Shown here piece after piece: positions 9,281 through 19,468 of a stretch of DNA of 64,000 nucleotides. Source of the stretch: Flavobacteriales bacterium (GTDB taxonomy: Bacteria > Bacteroidota > Bacteroidia > Flavobacteriales_F > PHOS-HE28); NCBI GenBank assembly GCA_016787985.1, contig JAEUTC010000043.1, positions 17,145 through 81,144 on the forward strand. Reading direction: 5' to 3'. The notes under the pieces are model-generated. The model was given only the letters and a program-made list of their open reading frames with translations. It was not told the origin of the DNA and did no database searches. A program made the translations under genes and the position numbers. Positions within the stretch are counted from its first letter, which is position 1, and the number at the start of each line of letters is the position of its first letter.

Positions 9281-12200
9281 TCAGGGGATCACGAAGCGCA
9301 AGGTCTCCGAGCGGCTTTCTCGGCGTAGAATGGCCACATAGACACCGGAAACACCACCGCTGAAATGCCACTGCCCATCGGTTAGTGGACCTGAAGCGAC
9401 AAGCCTGCCATTGTGATCATGCACATGGACCTCCTCCCACCCAGAACCATGCAGCACGACACCATCCCCGGGGATGGGTTGCGCCCACACCTGGGCCGCT
9501 GCGCGGTGCTCGATCGCCACCGGACCATGGTAGGCCACCGTACCATCAAGATCGACCTGCGCCAGCCGGTAATACGAAAGGCCATTCAGCGGTACGGGAT
9601 CAGTGAGGGAATAGTCGATCACCGCCGCGCTGAAACCCGCTGCCGGTAAGCTGCCGATGGTGATGTAGGCGATGCCATCACTCCCGCGTTCTAGTTCGAA
9701 ATGGCTCGTGTTGTGTTCCGTGGCCGTGGTCCAATCCAGGCGCACTGCAGAGACTTCATCCGTGCCGGTGAACGAAAGCAGTTCCACGGGAAGGATACCC
9801 ACGGACTCCCAAACGTAGTCCTCCGTTTCTCCCAGCGGTGCGGCCATGTACGGGAAGGTCACGGCCATGCTATCCACGGAAAGGCGCAGTCGGATGTAGA
9901 ACAGCCCGAAGGGGTTCGCAAAGGGCGGTACGGTGAAATGCATCAGGTGCGAACCCAAGCCGGTGAACGGGGCCTTCACCACCGTGTTGGACGAACTCTC
10001 CAAGGAATCGAGGAAATCACCGTCGGCGTTCCAGTCCACGAAGGCATGGACGAAACTCGCGTTGGCCGTGTTGTTCGTTGCTCGGATCTGTAGATCGAAA
10101 GCCCCGCCTATACCCGGCCATGGCGCCGTGTAGGGATTGGTGAGCAGCGCGTCCTCCTCGTTGCCATCGCCATCGGCCATTACGCTGTTGTGCGCGATGC
10201 TTTCCGCACTGGGGCCTGAAAGACCTAATACAAGACCATTCAGAAGTGTAGAAGCCGCGGCCGGTGGCTGGTAGTTGATATTCATGTCGTACACCACCGG
10301 CGCATCACCATAGTCGTACTGCACGTTGGCGATATCGATCTGGCAACTCACCGTAGCATCGCAGCCGCTGACGCTGAGCGCGGTGAGGCTGATGGCCACG
10401 AAGCCATTGGCCACATCGAGCGGTGTGGGCACATAGGTGAGCGTTGGGCTCGACACGGTTCCGCCACCGGTGATCGACCCGACCGTCGTGCTCGCCCATT
10501 GCACGGTGGCAGCGCCAGTAACGGAGATCCCCCCCAAGGTGATATTCCCACCTGCGTTGATGGCACCCGGGCATGTGAAGTTCGCGATGACCGGGACGGT
10601 AAGTGCAGTAACGCCGTTGGCGTCGCTGGCCGTGTTGCTCAAGCCGCTCGCGTTGATCCCCGTGTGGATATCGGTCACCTGCACGAAAAGGTTCGTAAGG
10701 GTGCTGCCGATGTTGAGGTCCACTTGGAACGTGCTCACCCCTGGTGGTAGCGACAAAATGGGCAACAGTACGGAACCGGAGTGACCGTTGATGGCGTGGG
10801 GTACGAACGGATAAGCCGGATCAAGGAGGTTGGGTGCGGCGAGGTCCAACCCTGCACTCAGGTTGTACGGTTCACCGACGTAAGTGGCACCGAGCCCGAC
10901 CAGGTTCATGTCAAGATCCGCACCGGTGATAGTGGTGCCACTGGTATTGGTGATGGTGATGGTGGCCTGCGCATAGTTGCCATTGCCACAGCTGCCAACG
11001 GTGGGAATATTCACGCTCACGCTTATCCGATCGCCGGTAGCACAAGGGCTGCCAGCAGCAGGGATGACCGCATTGTCGCTGGTATGCACGGCACCGTTGA
11101 AGCCACTGATATCCACGAAGGTGCCCGCGTTGAAGTGCTGGTCGGGCATGATGAGGGGCGCGGGATCGCCCGGGGTGAACACCGAGGCGGCAAGTCCCAT
11201 GCTCAGGTTGTAGGTTCCCGCACCCAACGCGCTGTAATCGTAGATGTACTGGCGCACGAAGCACTCGCCGGGATAGAGGATACGCGGTAGCTCATGCTCG
11301 CCGAACTTGGCCAGGTAGGCATCGTCGTTGTCATTGTTCACCGTTTGGTGTGCACCCGTAGTGGCCAGATCGACCAAGCTGGCGGTGAGCCCTACCACGT
11401 ACACATCCCCTGCTGGATCAACGGCCACGGCATAATTCTCATCATCATCCTCGCCACCGAAATACGTCCCCCAGAGCAAGACACCGTCGTTGCTGAACTT
11501 CATCGCGAACGCATCGCGGTTGGTGCCATCGATGGACTCCTTGAAGGAGCCGAACGTAGAGATGCCCGATACGCTTTTGGTGAAACCAGCTACCGTGACA
11601 CGACCAACGGCGTCCATGGCCACATCGTTCATCACCTCATCATCTTCGCCACTCACGTAGGTGCTCCAAACAGGCGAACCGGTCGCATCGAACTTCGCCA
11701 AGAACCCATCATCGCCGCCATTGCTGAAGGGCTGGTAAGGAGCGTTGATATCGATCACGTCCGTGCTATTCGTAGTACCGTTCAAGAAGATGTTCCCAGA
11801 CGGATCACAGGCCACCGAGGGGAAAGTCTCAACGCCAGTGCCTCCGAAATAGGTAGCCCACTGGCGCACACCCGCGCCATTGAAACGGACGAGGTATACA
11901 TCGTCACTATTGTTGATCGATTGGAACGCGCCGGCCGTTGCGATACCGGTGGTGCTCAACGTCTGCCCCACCAGATGCACGTTACCGGCAGGATCACACG
12001 CCACGTTGGCCAGGTCCTCCGTATCGCTACCGCCGTAGTAGGTCGCCCACTGACGCACACCCGCACTGTTGAACTTCACCAAGAAGTTGTCCCCCAGCCC
12101 ACCGTTCGCCACTTGATGGGCGCCCACCGTGGCGATGCCCGCCCCACTTTCCGTGGTTCCCACGAGGTACACGTTACCCACGGCATCCGTCGTCACCGAA

Positions 12201-13954
12201 TAACCGATGTCAGCACCGGTTCCGCCGTAGTAGGTGCCCCATTGCCGCACTCCGGCGCTGTTGAATTTCACCAGGAAGGCATCATCGCTGCCCCCCAACG
12301 CGGCTTGGTGTGAACCCACTGTGGAAATGCCGGTCGCGCTCGAAGTGTAGCCCGCGAGGTACACGTTGCCGGCCGCGTCGGTAGCCACCGAAAGCCCGAA
12401 GTCGTTACCGGTTCCGCCGTAGTAGGTGGCCCATTGACGAACACCAGCGTTGTTGAACTTTGCCAAGAAGGCATTGCGTCCACCCGGCGCAGCAACGAGA
12501 TGCGAACCCGCTGTGGAGATCGAGCCAGTGCTGCGCGTAAGACCAGCCAGGTACACATTCCCGGCGGCGTCCGTGGCCACGGCCTGGCCCTCATCCAATA
12601 AGGTACCACCATAGTAGGTAGCCCAGTCAAGATCGGCGGCATAGGTTCCGATCTCGTTCAAATTCGTCACTGGCACTGCGCCTGGCACGGCTATGGGTAA
12701 CGTGGGAACGATGTAGGCAGCCGCATCGCCGGTGTTGCAGATGCTCACATCGTACGGCACAAGGTCATCACAGCCCACGCCCAGGTTGACGATGGTGGCG
12801 GACAAAAGCGCTTGCGGCGGACAGGTCACCGGATCGTTCACACGGTCCCTGCGCGGGCTCACATTGTTGAAGGTGGCCCACTCGTCCGGAGTGAAAGTCT
12901 CGTTTGGTGGCAAGTAGCCTATCGGTGGTGCGTGCCCAGCTATGGCACCGTTGAAGTTGACGATCGCGTATAGTGCAGTTGTGGAAGCCAGCACGCTGCC
13001 CGATAGGTTTCCGCTGATGCTGGCACCTGCCGGTAGTGATACCGTGCCGAGGTGCTGGGTGGTGAGGAAGGCGCTGGTGCTCAACGCGGGATCACCGTTG
13101 TAGAACGAGATCATCAACGGGCCATTGAAGTCCGTAGTCGCGTTGTTCGTCACCGTGTAGCTCGCTTGAAAAGCCGGCGTTCCGGAGATGCAACCCGATG
13201 CGGTGAAGCTGTCGAAGACGATGCTGAGGTCATAGCTCGGGTCAACTCCCACGCTGCATCCCGCGTTGATCATGGCCTGCACCAGCTGCACGTTGGCCTG
13301 CACCAGCTGCGCGTAGGTGGGCGCGCTGAAGTACGCTCCAGGGCTGGCCACTTGACCACCCATGAGCGAGGTGCAGTACGAAGCCGCTTCGATGGCCACC
13401 ACCACGATGGTGACGCCCGCGTTCTTGATCTGCGTCGCCAGCGTGGTCAATCCAGCAGGAACCTGGGAACAATCAGCATCGGTCATCAATACGATGATGG
13501 GCTTGGCGGTGCGCCCAGCGATAGGCGCCTGGCCTATCTGCTGAAAAGCCCTTGTGAGCGCTGTGACCGGATCGGTACCGCCGAGCAGGGCGCGCTGTGC
13601 GTTCTGGTAGGCCAGCACATCGCTCATCTCCGTAGTGTAGCTCGCACCCACAGAGGGGAAGCTGAACTGCTGCCACACGTTGGGGCTATCCCAATCGGCG
13701 ATGGCCATGCGGCTTTCTCCGGCGCCCGTGCCCCAAGGCTGCATGCCCATGAACAAAGCGCTGATGAACTGCCGGCTCTGGGTGTTCTCAAGAGCGCTCA
13801 CCGAGCCGCTCTGGTCGTTGGCCACGAACACATCAAGCGCACAAAGCTGCGCATGGGCCATATTCGTTCGGAGGAGGACAAGGGCGAACAGTACAGCGGC
13901 GGATCTCCACCGCAAGGATCCGTTGGTCGTGGTGGTGGATCCGATCAGTGGCAT
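9281..13954 (-). CDS. Giant T9SS-secreted surface protein: N-terminal vWA domain, 7 SBBP repeats, GEVED-like region, C-terminal sorting domain
   Basis: Signal peptide. vWA MIDAS-like DVFVANDQSGSVS...IIVLMTDAD. Seven ~64-aa repeats of the form W(A/G)TYYGG..D.G..V..D..GNVYL.G.T.S. PLGETEDYVWE is a GEVED-type motif. The VELLSFTG...LSYYRLAQVDLDG module is followed by a terminal beta-sandwich tail. Confidence 0.9.
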   Translation of the reverse strand: MPLIGSTTTTNGSLRWRSAAVLFALVLLRTNMAHAQLCALDVFVANDQSGSVSALENTQSRQFISALFMGMQPWGTGAGESRMAIADWDSPNVWQQFSFPSVGASYTTEMSDVLAYQNAQRALLGGTDPVTALTRAFQQIGQAPIAGRTAKPIIVLMTDADCSQVPAGLTTLATQIKNAGVTIVVVAIEAASYCTSLMGGQVASPGAYFSAPTYAQLVQANVQLVQAMINAGCSVGVDPSYDLSIVFDSFTASGCISGTPAFQASYTVTNNATTDFNGPLMISFYNGDPALSTSAFLTTQHLGTVSLPAGASISGNLSGSVLASTTALYAIVNFNGAIAGHAPPIGYLPPNETFTPDEWATFNNVSPRRDRVNDPVTCPPQALLSATIVNLGVGCDDLVPYDVSICNTGDAAAYIVPTLPIAVPGAVPVTNLNEIGTYAADLDWATYYGGTLLDEGQAVATDAAGNVYLAGLTRSTGSISTAGSHLVAAPGGRNAFLAKFNNAGVRQWATYYGGTGNDFGLSVATDAAGNVYLAGYTSSATGISTVGSHQAALGGSDDAFLVKFNSAGVRQWGTYYGGTGADIGYSVTTDAVGNVYLVGTTESGAGIATVGAHQVANGGLGDNFLVKFNSAGVRQWATYYGGSDTEDLANVACDPAGNVHLVGQTLSTTGIATAGAFQSINNSDDVYLVRFNGAGVRQWATYFGGTGVETFPSVACDPSGNIFLNGTTNSTDVIDINAPYQPFSNGGDDGFLAKFDATGSPVWSTYVSGEDDEVMNDVAMDAVGRVTVAGFTKSVSGISTFGSFKESIDGTNRDAFAMKFSNDGVLLWGTYFGGEDDDENYAVAVDPAGDVYVVGLTASLVDLATTGAHQTVNNDNDDAYLAKFGEHELPRILYPGECFVRQYIYDYSALGAGTYNLSMGLAASVFTPGDPAPLIMPDQHFNAGTFVDISGFNGAVHTSDNAVIPAAGSPCATGDRISVSVNIPTVGSCGNGNYAQATITITNTSGTTITGADLDMNLVGLGATYVGEPYNLSAGLDLAAPNLLDPAYPFVPHAINGHSGSVLLPILSLPPGVSTFQVDLNIGSTLTNLFVQVTDIHTGINASGLSNTASDANGVTALTVPVIANFTCPGAINAGGNITLGGISVTGAATVQWASTTVGSITGGGTVSSPTLTYVPTPLDVANGFVAISLTALSVSGCDATVSCQIDIANVQYDYGDAPVVYDMNINYQPPAAASTLLNGLVLGLSGPSAESIAHNSVMADGDGNEEDALLTNPYTAPWPGIGGAFDLQIRATNNTANASFVHAFVDWNADGDFLDSLESSSNTVVKAPFTGLGSHLMHFTVPPFANPFGLFYIRLRLSVDSMAVTFPYMAAPLGETEDYVWESVGILPVELLSFTGTDEVSAVRLDWTTATEHNTSHFELERGSDGIAYITIGSLPAAGFSAAVIDYSLTDPVPLNGLSYYRLAQVDLDGTVAYHGPVAIEHRAAAQVWAQPIPGDGVVLHGSGWEEVHVHDHNGRLVASGPLTDGQWHFSGGVSGVYVAILRRESRSETLRFVIP
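11303..12625 (-). repeat. Intragenic tandem repeat: 7 x ~192 nt encoding SBBP units (aa 444-884 of the 1557-aa protein)
   Basis: Repeat starts counted at residues W444, W508, W572, W636, W699, W763 and W828, a period of about 64 aa. The units are diverged copies, not identical at DNA level. Confidence 0.75.
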
Positions 13955-14110
13955 GGTGTGGTGGCTTGCGGACCGAAACTATTTCCATGGAATGGACCAT
14001 CATGGGACGAAGCGGACGAAGCGGCAATTGGAGATGCCGAACCGGGCGATCGAAGTATCCGGACCTCACCGGGAAAAGAGCACCCGGCACCCAAGCCCTA
14101 CCTTTCGGAC

Positions 14111-14944
14111 ATGATCCGACCCGGTCGTACCCAGTTGCTCCGCATCCTCCGTCGTAACCGCGAAGGCTTGGTGCTGGGCGATGACGATGCCCTGGAGGTG
14201 GTGCTCCCCTTGAGCGAAGCTCCGCGCGATGGCAGCGAAGACGGGCACCTCAGGGTGTTCGTGGCCCCGAACGCGGATGGCCGATTGACCGCCACCACCC
14301 GTACACCGAAGATCGAGGCTGGCACCTTCGCCAAGTTGCGTGTTCTGGCCATCCGTGGCGCTGGAGCCCACGTGGACTGGGGCATGGATACTCCCCTGCT
14401 CATCCCGCACGACGACCAGAAGAAGCCCATGGAAGATGGGCGGTGGTACGTCATGGGTGCCTACTATGACAAGGAGGCCAAGCGCCTGCACGGTAGCACC
14501 CGCATCGAAGAGTTGCTCGACAACACCGAACTCACCGTAAAGGAGAAGGAAAAGGTGGACCTGCTCGTCTTCGGCAAAAGTGACCTGGGCCTCTCGGTGA
14601 TCGTGAATAACAAGCACCAAGGCCTCGTGCACGCCAACGAGGTGTTCAAGCCCGTCACCGTAGGCGATCGACTCATCGGTTATGTAAAGACCGTTCGACC
14701 GGACAACAAGTTGGACATCGTACTGCAACCCATAGGCTACCGGCAATACATCGATGCCCACACCACCCTGCTGGCGAAGCGGCTCGAGGCCAAGGGTTAC
14801 CTCGCCCTCACCGACAAGAGCTCCGCAGAAGAGATCTACGAAGAGTTCGGCATCAGCAAGAAGGCCTTCAAGAAGGCATTGGGCGCGCTCTACAAGGAGC
14901 GTCTCGTGCGCATCGGCGAGGACGGGGTGGTCTGGATCGGATGA
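14111..14944 (+). CDS. CvfB/YitL family S1-like RNA-binding protein
   Basis: The real start is MIRPGRTQLLRI at 14111; the listed 630-aa ORF has a spurious N-terminal extension antisense to the giant gene. S1-like segments and a C-terminal winged-helix pattern (SAEEIYEEFGISKKAFKKALGALYKERLV). Confidence 0.85.
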   Translation: MIRPGRTQLLRILRRNREGLVLGDDDALEVVLPLSEAPRDGSEDGHLRVFVAPNADGRLTATTRTPKIEAGTFAKLRVLAIRGAGAHVDWGMDTPLLIPHDDQKKPMEDGRWYVMGAYYDKEAKRLHGSTRIEELLDNTELTVKEKEKVDLLVFGKSDLGLSVIVNNKHQGLVHANEVFKPVTVGDRLIGYVKTVRPDNKLDIVLQPIGYRQYIDAHTTLLAKRLEAKGYLALTDKSSAEEIYEEFGISKKAFKKALGALYKERLVRIGEDGVVWIG

Positions 14945-15223
14945 CGCATTCATTCTAGGGAATGACCGCTGTTCTCCGATCGAACGAGAACGGAACCAAG
15001 CCCTTACTCATCCGGCGGGTATTCATCCTGATGGCTCCTATCCATAGCCATGCTGCACCAAATTCCAGATGGAGGATACCAAGGTCACACCCGCGTGCCT
15101 TTGAACGGTTGATGCACATCACGGAAGACGACCCGGCGAATTGCTGGTTCAAGCCACCGAGGGATCCTGATAGGACCACCACCCGACATGGAGGTGCTCA
15201 TCACCGCCCAGCGGGCCGAATGA

Positions 15224-15610
15224 TCAACCCATGACCTCCTTGATCCAAGCACGCGCTTCATCGCCATTGCGGAAGATGCGCGTGGGAAAGGTCTGTGGGT
15301 GGTAGGTGTAGTAGATGCTCGACATCGAGGCCCCAAGGTCATCCTGGGTAACGATGGCCAGGGCCGTGATCTGTTCGTTCGCGTTGGTAAGACCGAAATA
15401 ATCCACCTTCATCACGGCAAGGTCTGAAAGCGTCCCGGCTTGAAAGAACCCGATCATGGCACAGCGCGCCGTGGTCAACTCCCTGCGTCGCAGCTGCACC
15501 TCCATCAATCCTTCCACATTCAGATCCAGACCCGCGCGGTAATGCACCTCGATGGTGGTGCCATCTTCAGACAGGACCATATCCGCCAGCTGCGTAGTGA
15601 TGCGTTCCAT
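15224..15610 (-). CDS. Hypothetical protein (128 aa), possibly a STAS/SpoIIAA-like fold
   Basis: Clean ORF with ordinary composition. No diagnostic motif; the fold suggestion is a weak impression only. Confidence 0.5.
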   Translation of the reverse strand: MERITTQLADMVLSEDGTTIEVHYRAGLDLNVEGLMEVQLRRRELTTARCAMIGFFQAGTLSDLAVMKVDYFGLTNANEQITALAIVTQDDLGASMSSIYYTYHPQTFPTRIFRNGDEARAWIKEVMG

Positions 15611-15672
15611 CGGTGAAGGGTGAAGTTACAGCGCCTTTTCCACAGAACGACCCGAGACCTACCTTTCCTGCC

Positions 15673-16020
15673 ATGGAAGCAACACTGGTGCGGGCAATGG
15701 CCCTGGACATGCCCGGCACGGCAGAGAAGGACCACTTCGGAAAGCCGGCCTTCAGTGTGAAGAAGAAGATCTATTGCACCTGGTGGGTGATGGAAGAGCG
15801 GGCTGTATTGAAGCTCACGCGTGAGCAACAGGCCACCTTGAGCGAAGAACAGCCGGACGCATACCGCCCGCTACCCAACAAATGGGGACTCCATGGCTGG
15901 ACCAACGTGGACTTGGGCACCGTGGGCGAACGCTCCTTCCGCTATGCGTTGGACCTGGCTTGGCGAAACGTTGCACCCAAGTGGTTGATCCCCACGAGGC
16001 TCGCGCCCCCAAAGGGATAA
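15673..16020 (+). CDS. MmcQ/YjbR family protein
   Basis: MEATLVRAMALDMPGTAEKDHFGKPAFSVKKKIYCTW...HGWTNVDL fits the YjbR pattern. The start was trimmed from 15613. Confidence 0.75.
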   Translation: MEATLVRAMALDMPGTAEKDHFGKPAFSVKKKIYCTWWVMEERAVLKLTREQQATLSEEQPDAYRPLPNKWGLHGWTNVDLGTVGERSFRYALDLAWRNVAPKWLIPTRLAPPKG

Positions 16021-16080
16021 AGAAGCCTACCGAGGCCACATCGTGCGTTGGTCCCTTGGTATCCCGAGCGATGTGAACGA

Positions 16081-16827
16081 TCAGTGGAAGAACTGCATCA
16101 CCTTGCTCCAGAGCTTCCGGGTCACCAGCAACGGCGGGGCTTGTAGGCCGTTCAATCCCCAAGAGGCGCGCACTTCACGGTTGGCCTTCAGGATGTGTTT
16201 CACGCTACCGTTGCTCATGCCACCCAACCGGAAACGCACCAGCACCTCGCGCAAGTGGACCGTGCGGATCTCGTGTTTGTAGAGCATACGCAGGAGGATC
16301 TCGTAGTCCGCAGCGATACGCAGGTCGGTGTTGAAATGCCCGAAGCGGTCGTATGCGCTTTTCCGGATGAAAGTGCCCACATGCGGTGGCATCCAACCAC
16401 GGCGGAAGTTGTCGCGGTGGTAGGTCCCACTGAGCCACGTCCGGTGCACTTTGTGGATGTCATGCTCGTCCACCATGATGATGTCCCCGTAAACGGCATC
16501 GGCATGGCTCCGCTGGAACGCATCCACCACCTGGGCGATCACCTGGGGGGTCATCAGCAGGTCACCGGCGTTCACGAAACCGATCACCTCGCCGGTGGCC
16601 GCGCGCAGCCCCTTGTTCATGGCATCGTAGATCCCCTTGTCCGGCTCGCTCACATAGTGCGCCAGCCGGTCTCGGTGGCGCTCCACCACCTGTTGGGTGC
16701 CGTCGGTGCTGGCCCCGTCGATCACGATCACCTCGATGTCGGTGTGCGTTTGCGCGAACACGCTTTCCAACGAAGCGCCGATAACAGCGGCCGCGTTACG
16801 ACATACGGTGATGAGGGTGACTTTCAT
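16081..16827 (-). CDS. Glycosyltransferase family 2
   Basis: VTLITVCRNAA...IEVIVIDGASTDGT...DKGIYDAMNKG...GFVNAGD, a classic GT2 (GT-A, DxD-type) N-terminal pattern. Confidence 0.9.
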   Translation of the reverse strand: MKVTLITVCRNAAAVIGASLESVFAQTHTDIEVIVIDGASTDGTQQVVERHRDRLAHYVSEPDKGIYDAMNKGLRAATGEVIGFVNAGDLLMTPQVIAQVVDAFQRSHADAVYGDIIMVDEHDIHKVHRTWLSGTYHRDNFRRGWMPPHVGTFIRKSAYDRFGHFNTDLRIAADYEILLRMLYKHEIRTVHLREVLVRFRLGGMSNGSVKHILKANREVRASWGLNGLQAPPLLVTRKLWSKVMQFFH

Positions 16828-16944
16828 GGATGCTTATCCAGCTCCTACCGTGCGAAGATGAGAAGTCTGCCGAGAAGCCTGAATGCGAACCTCCCACCCC
16901 AACCCGCGAACCAAGACCAACCTGGTGCTGTTCTGGACTACGCC

Positions 16945-17571
16945 ATGGAAAAGCTTCGGATCCTCCAATGTATTCTCTTGCTAGCGGTAACTTCCTCCTC
17001 GGCTCAAGACGTTGAGCATCCATTCCGTATGGGCAGCAACGTCGAGATCTCCGCCGCGCAGCTCCTGATCGCGGGAAGTAACCAATACGCGGACAACATC
17101 CTCGACCGCCAACGCGGCGACGCCACCTTTATCGGTGCCAGCTACCTGCTCGGCGACACCACCGACCAGGGCCGTGGCATCGGGCGTTTCGCCGTAGGGA
17201 TCGGCGCAGGAGCACTGCTATGGGAAGGTATCACCCTGATGCCTGTATTTGGTCAGGTCAACTGGCACCCCTTCGTCCGCCGAGCCCCATGGGCCAGCGT
17301 GCACCTCAGCCGCTTGGGCATCGCCATGCGCTTCGGCGGCATCCTCGGCGCGTGGAAACCCACCACCCGTGGCCAACTCGCCGGGCACACGTACACCGAC
17401 CTGGCCTTCAAGTACCCCGCCCACCTCGGTCGCTTCAACCTGAGCCTCGATGCAGGCCTCGGAATGATCCTTCTACGCGGTCCCTACACCATCGCTGAAG
17501 AAGGCTTGGTGGAGGACAGACGCTTCGCCGAGTTCATCTACCCACGGTTGGGTCTGAGCGTGGGTTTCTGA
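16945..17571 (+). CDS. Hypothetical secreted or outer-membrane protein (208 aa)
   Basis: MEKLRILQCILLLAVTSSSAQD signal peptide. Gly/aromatic-rich, ending in ...GLSVGF, which is beta-barrel-like. The N-terminal 250 aa of the listed 458-aa ORF are antisense to the GT2 gene and were discarded. Confidence 0.5.
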   Translation: MEKLRILQCILLLAVTSSSAQDVEHPFRMGSNVEISAAQLLIAGSNQYADNILDRQRGDATFIGASYLLGDTTDQGRGIGRFAVGIGAGALLWEGITLMPVFGQVNWHPFVRRAPWASVHLSRLGIAMRFGGILGAWKPTTRGQLAGHTYTDLAFKYPAHLGRFNLSLDAGLGMILLRGPYTIAEEGLVEDRRFAEFIYPRLGLSVGF

Positions 17572-17580
17572 GTCGATCAC

Positions 17581-17598
17581 GTTGACCACCCGGTCAAC
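17581..17598. terminator. Hairpin between convergent genes (GTTGACC-ACCC-GGTCAAC)
   Basis: Perfect 7-bp stem with a 4-nt loop, read directly. It overlaps the stop codon of the TfoX-like gene. There is no U-tract, so terminator function is uncertain. Confidence 0.3.
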
Positions 17599-17932
17599 GC
17601 GCACTGCGGGCCCTGGCGTTGTAGGACAGGCAAATGCGCATGTAATACTGAAAGTCGTGATCGCGCTGGAGACCTTCAGCGTGGATGTAGCAATAGCCCT
17701 TGTAGGTCTTGCCCTTCATCAGCATGGTGGCGTAGCCCGCGCGCTCAGCCAGCACTTCCTGCAAATCCGGGTCGAAGCGCAGCATCAGGCTATCACCGCG
17801 AACGCATACACAGGTCTTCCCATTGACCATGAAATTGAGCACCCCGAACATCACCTTTTCTTCTACGGAGATGCCAAGGGTGGCGGCCAGGTGCTCACGC
17901 ACCCGGTCCGCCAGCGCTACATCGTACGGCAT
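17594..17932 (-). CDS. TfoX/Sxy N-terminal domain protein
   Basis: MPYDVALADRVREHL...EKVMFGVLNFMVNGKTCVCVRGDSLMLRFD...MKGKTYKGYCYI matches the TfoX_N pattern. The start was trimmed; CAT at 17930-17932 was verified. Confidence 0.75.
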   Translation of the reverse strand: MPYDVALADRVREHLAATLGISVEEKVMFGVLNFMVNGKTCVCVRGDSLMLRFDPDLQEVLAERAGYATMLMKGKTYKGYCYIHAEGLQRDHDFQYYMRICLSYNARARSAR

Positions 17933-17936
17933 CGTT

Positions 17937-18311
17937 TCACCGGCGGGAATGGAGTCCCACGGTGTTCCCTTCCGTATCCTTGAAGATGGAGACGAAGCCG
18001 AACTCGCCGATGGCCATCTTCGGCCGCAGCACTTCGCCTCCTGCACGTACGATGCGCGCCTCCTCGGCCTCACAATCCGCTGTTTCGAAATACACCACCG
18101 TGGCGTTGGATCCGTGTCGCAGTTCAGATGTCTCCACCAAAGCCCCCGAGATGTTCCCACTAGTGGGGTCGAAGGGGAACAAGGCCTGCCTGCCCCATTG
18201 TGCGGGCATGTCCGTGAGTTCGATCTGGAATACGGTTGCATAGAACGCTTTGGCGCGCTCCAGGTCGGCGACGGGGATGTCGAACCAACCTACAGGGTTC
18301 TGGTTTTTCAT
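17937..18311 (-). CDS. VOC (glyoxalase) family protein
   Basis: MKNQNPVGWFDIPVADLERAKAFYATVF...GEFGFVSIFKDTEGNTVGLHS. The start was trimmed to 18311. Confidence 0.8.
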   Translation of the reverse strand: MKNQNPVGWFDIPVADLERAKAFYATVFQIELTDMPAQWGRQALFPFDPTSGNISGALVETSELRHGSNATVVYFETADCEAEEARIVRAGGEVLRPKMAIGEFGFVSIFKDTEGNTVGLHSRR

Positions 18312-18440
18312 GTGATGGATCTTCGGTATCGCACCTTGGGTGCCGGGTGCAAAAGTGGATCCACACGGATCGGCGGAATTGTAAAAATGGGACAGTGATC
18401 GGCTGTGATCGATGCGCCTGTTCACGCGCACGGATCAGGC

Positions 18441-19295
18441 TCAAGGCCGATGCACCACGGTGTGCTGGGACATGCGGGCATACTCCATTCCATCGAAGAT
18501 CAACGACATCCGCAAGGCATCGCCGCGAGAGCCCCCCGGGGTCAGGCCCGTGAACGCCTTGAAATCCTTGATGAAGTGTGCCTGGTCGAAAAAGGAGCTC
18601 TCGTAAGCGAGGCCCGTCAGGTCGTTCACCTCATCGAAGAGCATGCGGCGCAGGGCGGACTGGATGCGTACGGTACGCGAATACTGTTTCGGCGATAGGC
18701 CGATGAGCGTGGAGAACTTACGGGCCAGGTGGCGGCGATGCACATGGCTGCGCCGTGACAGTTCATCCACGGTGAGGCTCCCGTTCGTCGTGCGGATGTC
18801 CAAGAGAGTGCGCGCGATCACCGCATCAGCCTGTGGCCGCGTGGCCAAGCGATGGAACAAGAAGCCCTCCACCAGGTCGATCCGTTCTGCGGTGGTGCAC
18901 GCATCCAGGACCCGGCGCCCGATCACATCCCCCTCGAAACCGAACAACCCCTGCAGGGGCACCGCCGTGTTCTCGAACGCCTTCAACGGACCGCCCCAGA
19001 ACGGCTGGAAACCGCCGGGGTGGAAGCGCACCACGAACGACCCCGTGCGCCCCAGCGGACGCACCACGAACGGCTTCGTCAATTGACCGATCAGGAAGCA
19101 GCGCGGCAGATCCACCCACACGCCGGGCCGGGGCTGGTGCAGGTAGGGATCGCCGTAGTGGAAGATCAGCTTCATGGTGCCATCGGGCACGATGGTGTTC
19201 ATCACCGGCGTGTCGTGCGGTTCGCCCACGAGGTTCCAATGGCACATCACGTGCGCATCCAACCCGCGGGAAACTGGGAAGATCTCTGAACGCAT
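18441..19295 (-). CDS. AraC family transcriptional regulator
   Basis: C-terminal double HTH: VDELSRRSHVHRRHLARKFSTLIGLSPKQYSRTVRIQSALR...LAYESSFFDQAHFIKDFKAFTGLTP. Confidence 0.85.
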   Translation of the reverse strand: MRSEIFPVSRGLDAHVMCHWNLVGEPHDTPVMNTIVPDGTMKLIFHYGDPYLHQPRPGVWVDLPRCFLIGQLTKPFVVRPLGRTGSFVVRFHPGGFQPFWGGPLKAFENTAVPLQGLFGFEGDVIGRRVLDACTTAERIDLVEGFLFHRLATRPQADAVIARTLLDIRTTNGSLTVDELSRRSHVHRRHLARKFSTLIGLSPKQYSRTVRIQSALRRMLFDEVNDLTGLAYESSFFDQAHFIKDFKAFTGLTPGGSRGDALRMSLIFDGMEYARMSQHTVVHRP

Positions 19296-19468
19296 GATAC
19301 TCCGTTGGGACCTCCGGTATTCAGGGGGCTAACTATCCGCCACACCGACTTCGGGCAACGCCACGGCAAAACTACATGCCAACGAAGGCTGGCCCTACAA
19401 GCGATGATGCCATGAAGTCCAGCGGCACGAACCAGCTGAGCGACCAAAGGCTGACACAGCGATCCCAA

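Noticed and set aside
13052-14110. N-terminal 353 aa of the listed 630-aa plus-strand ORF
   Set aside because: It is antisense to the 1557-aa surface-protein gene. The CvfB-like homology begins only at the ATG at 14111.
16195-16944. N-terminal 250 aa of the listed 458-aa plus ORF
   Set aside because: It is antisense to the GT2 gene. A clear signal peptide starts at the internal ATG at 16945.
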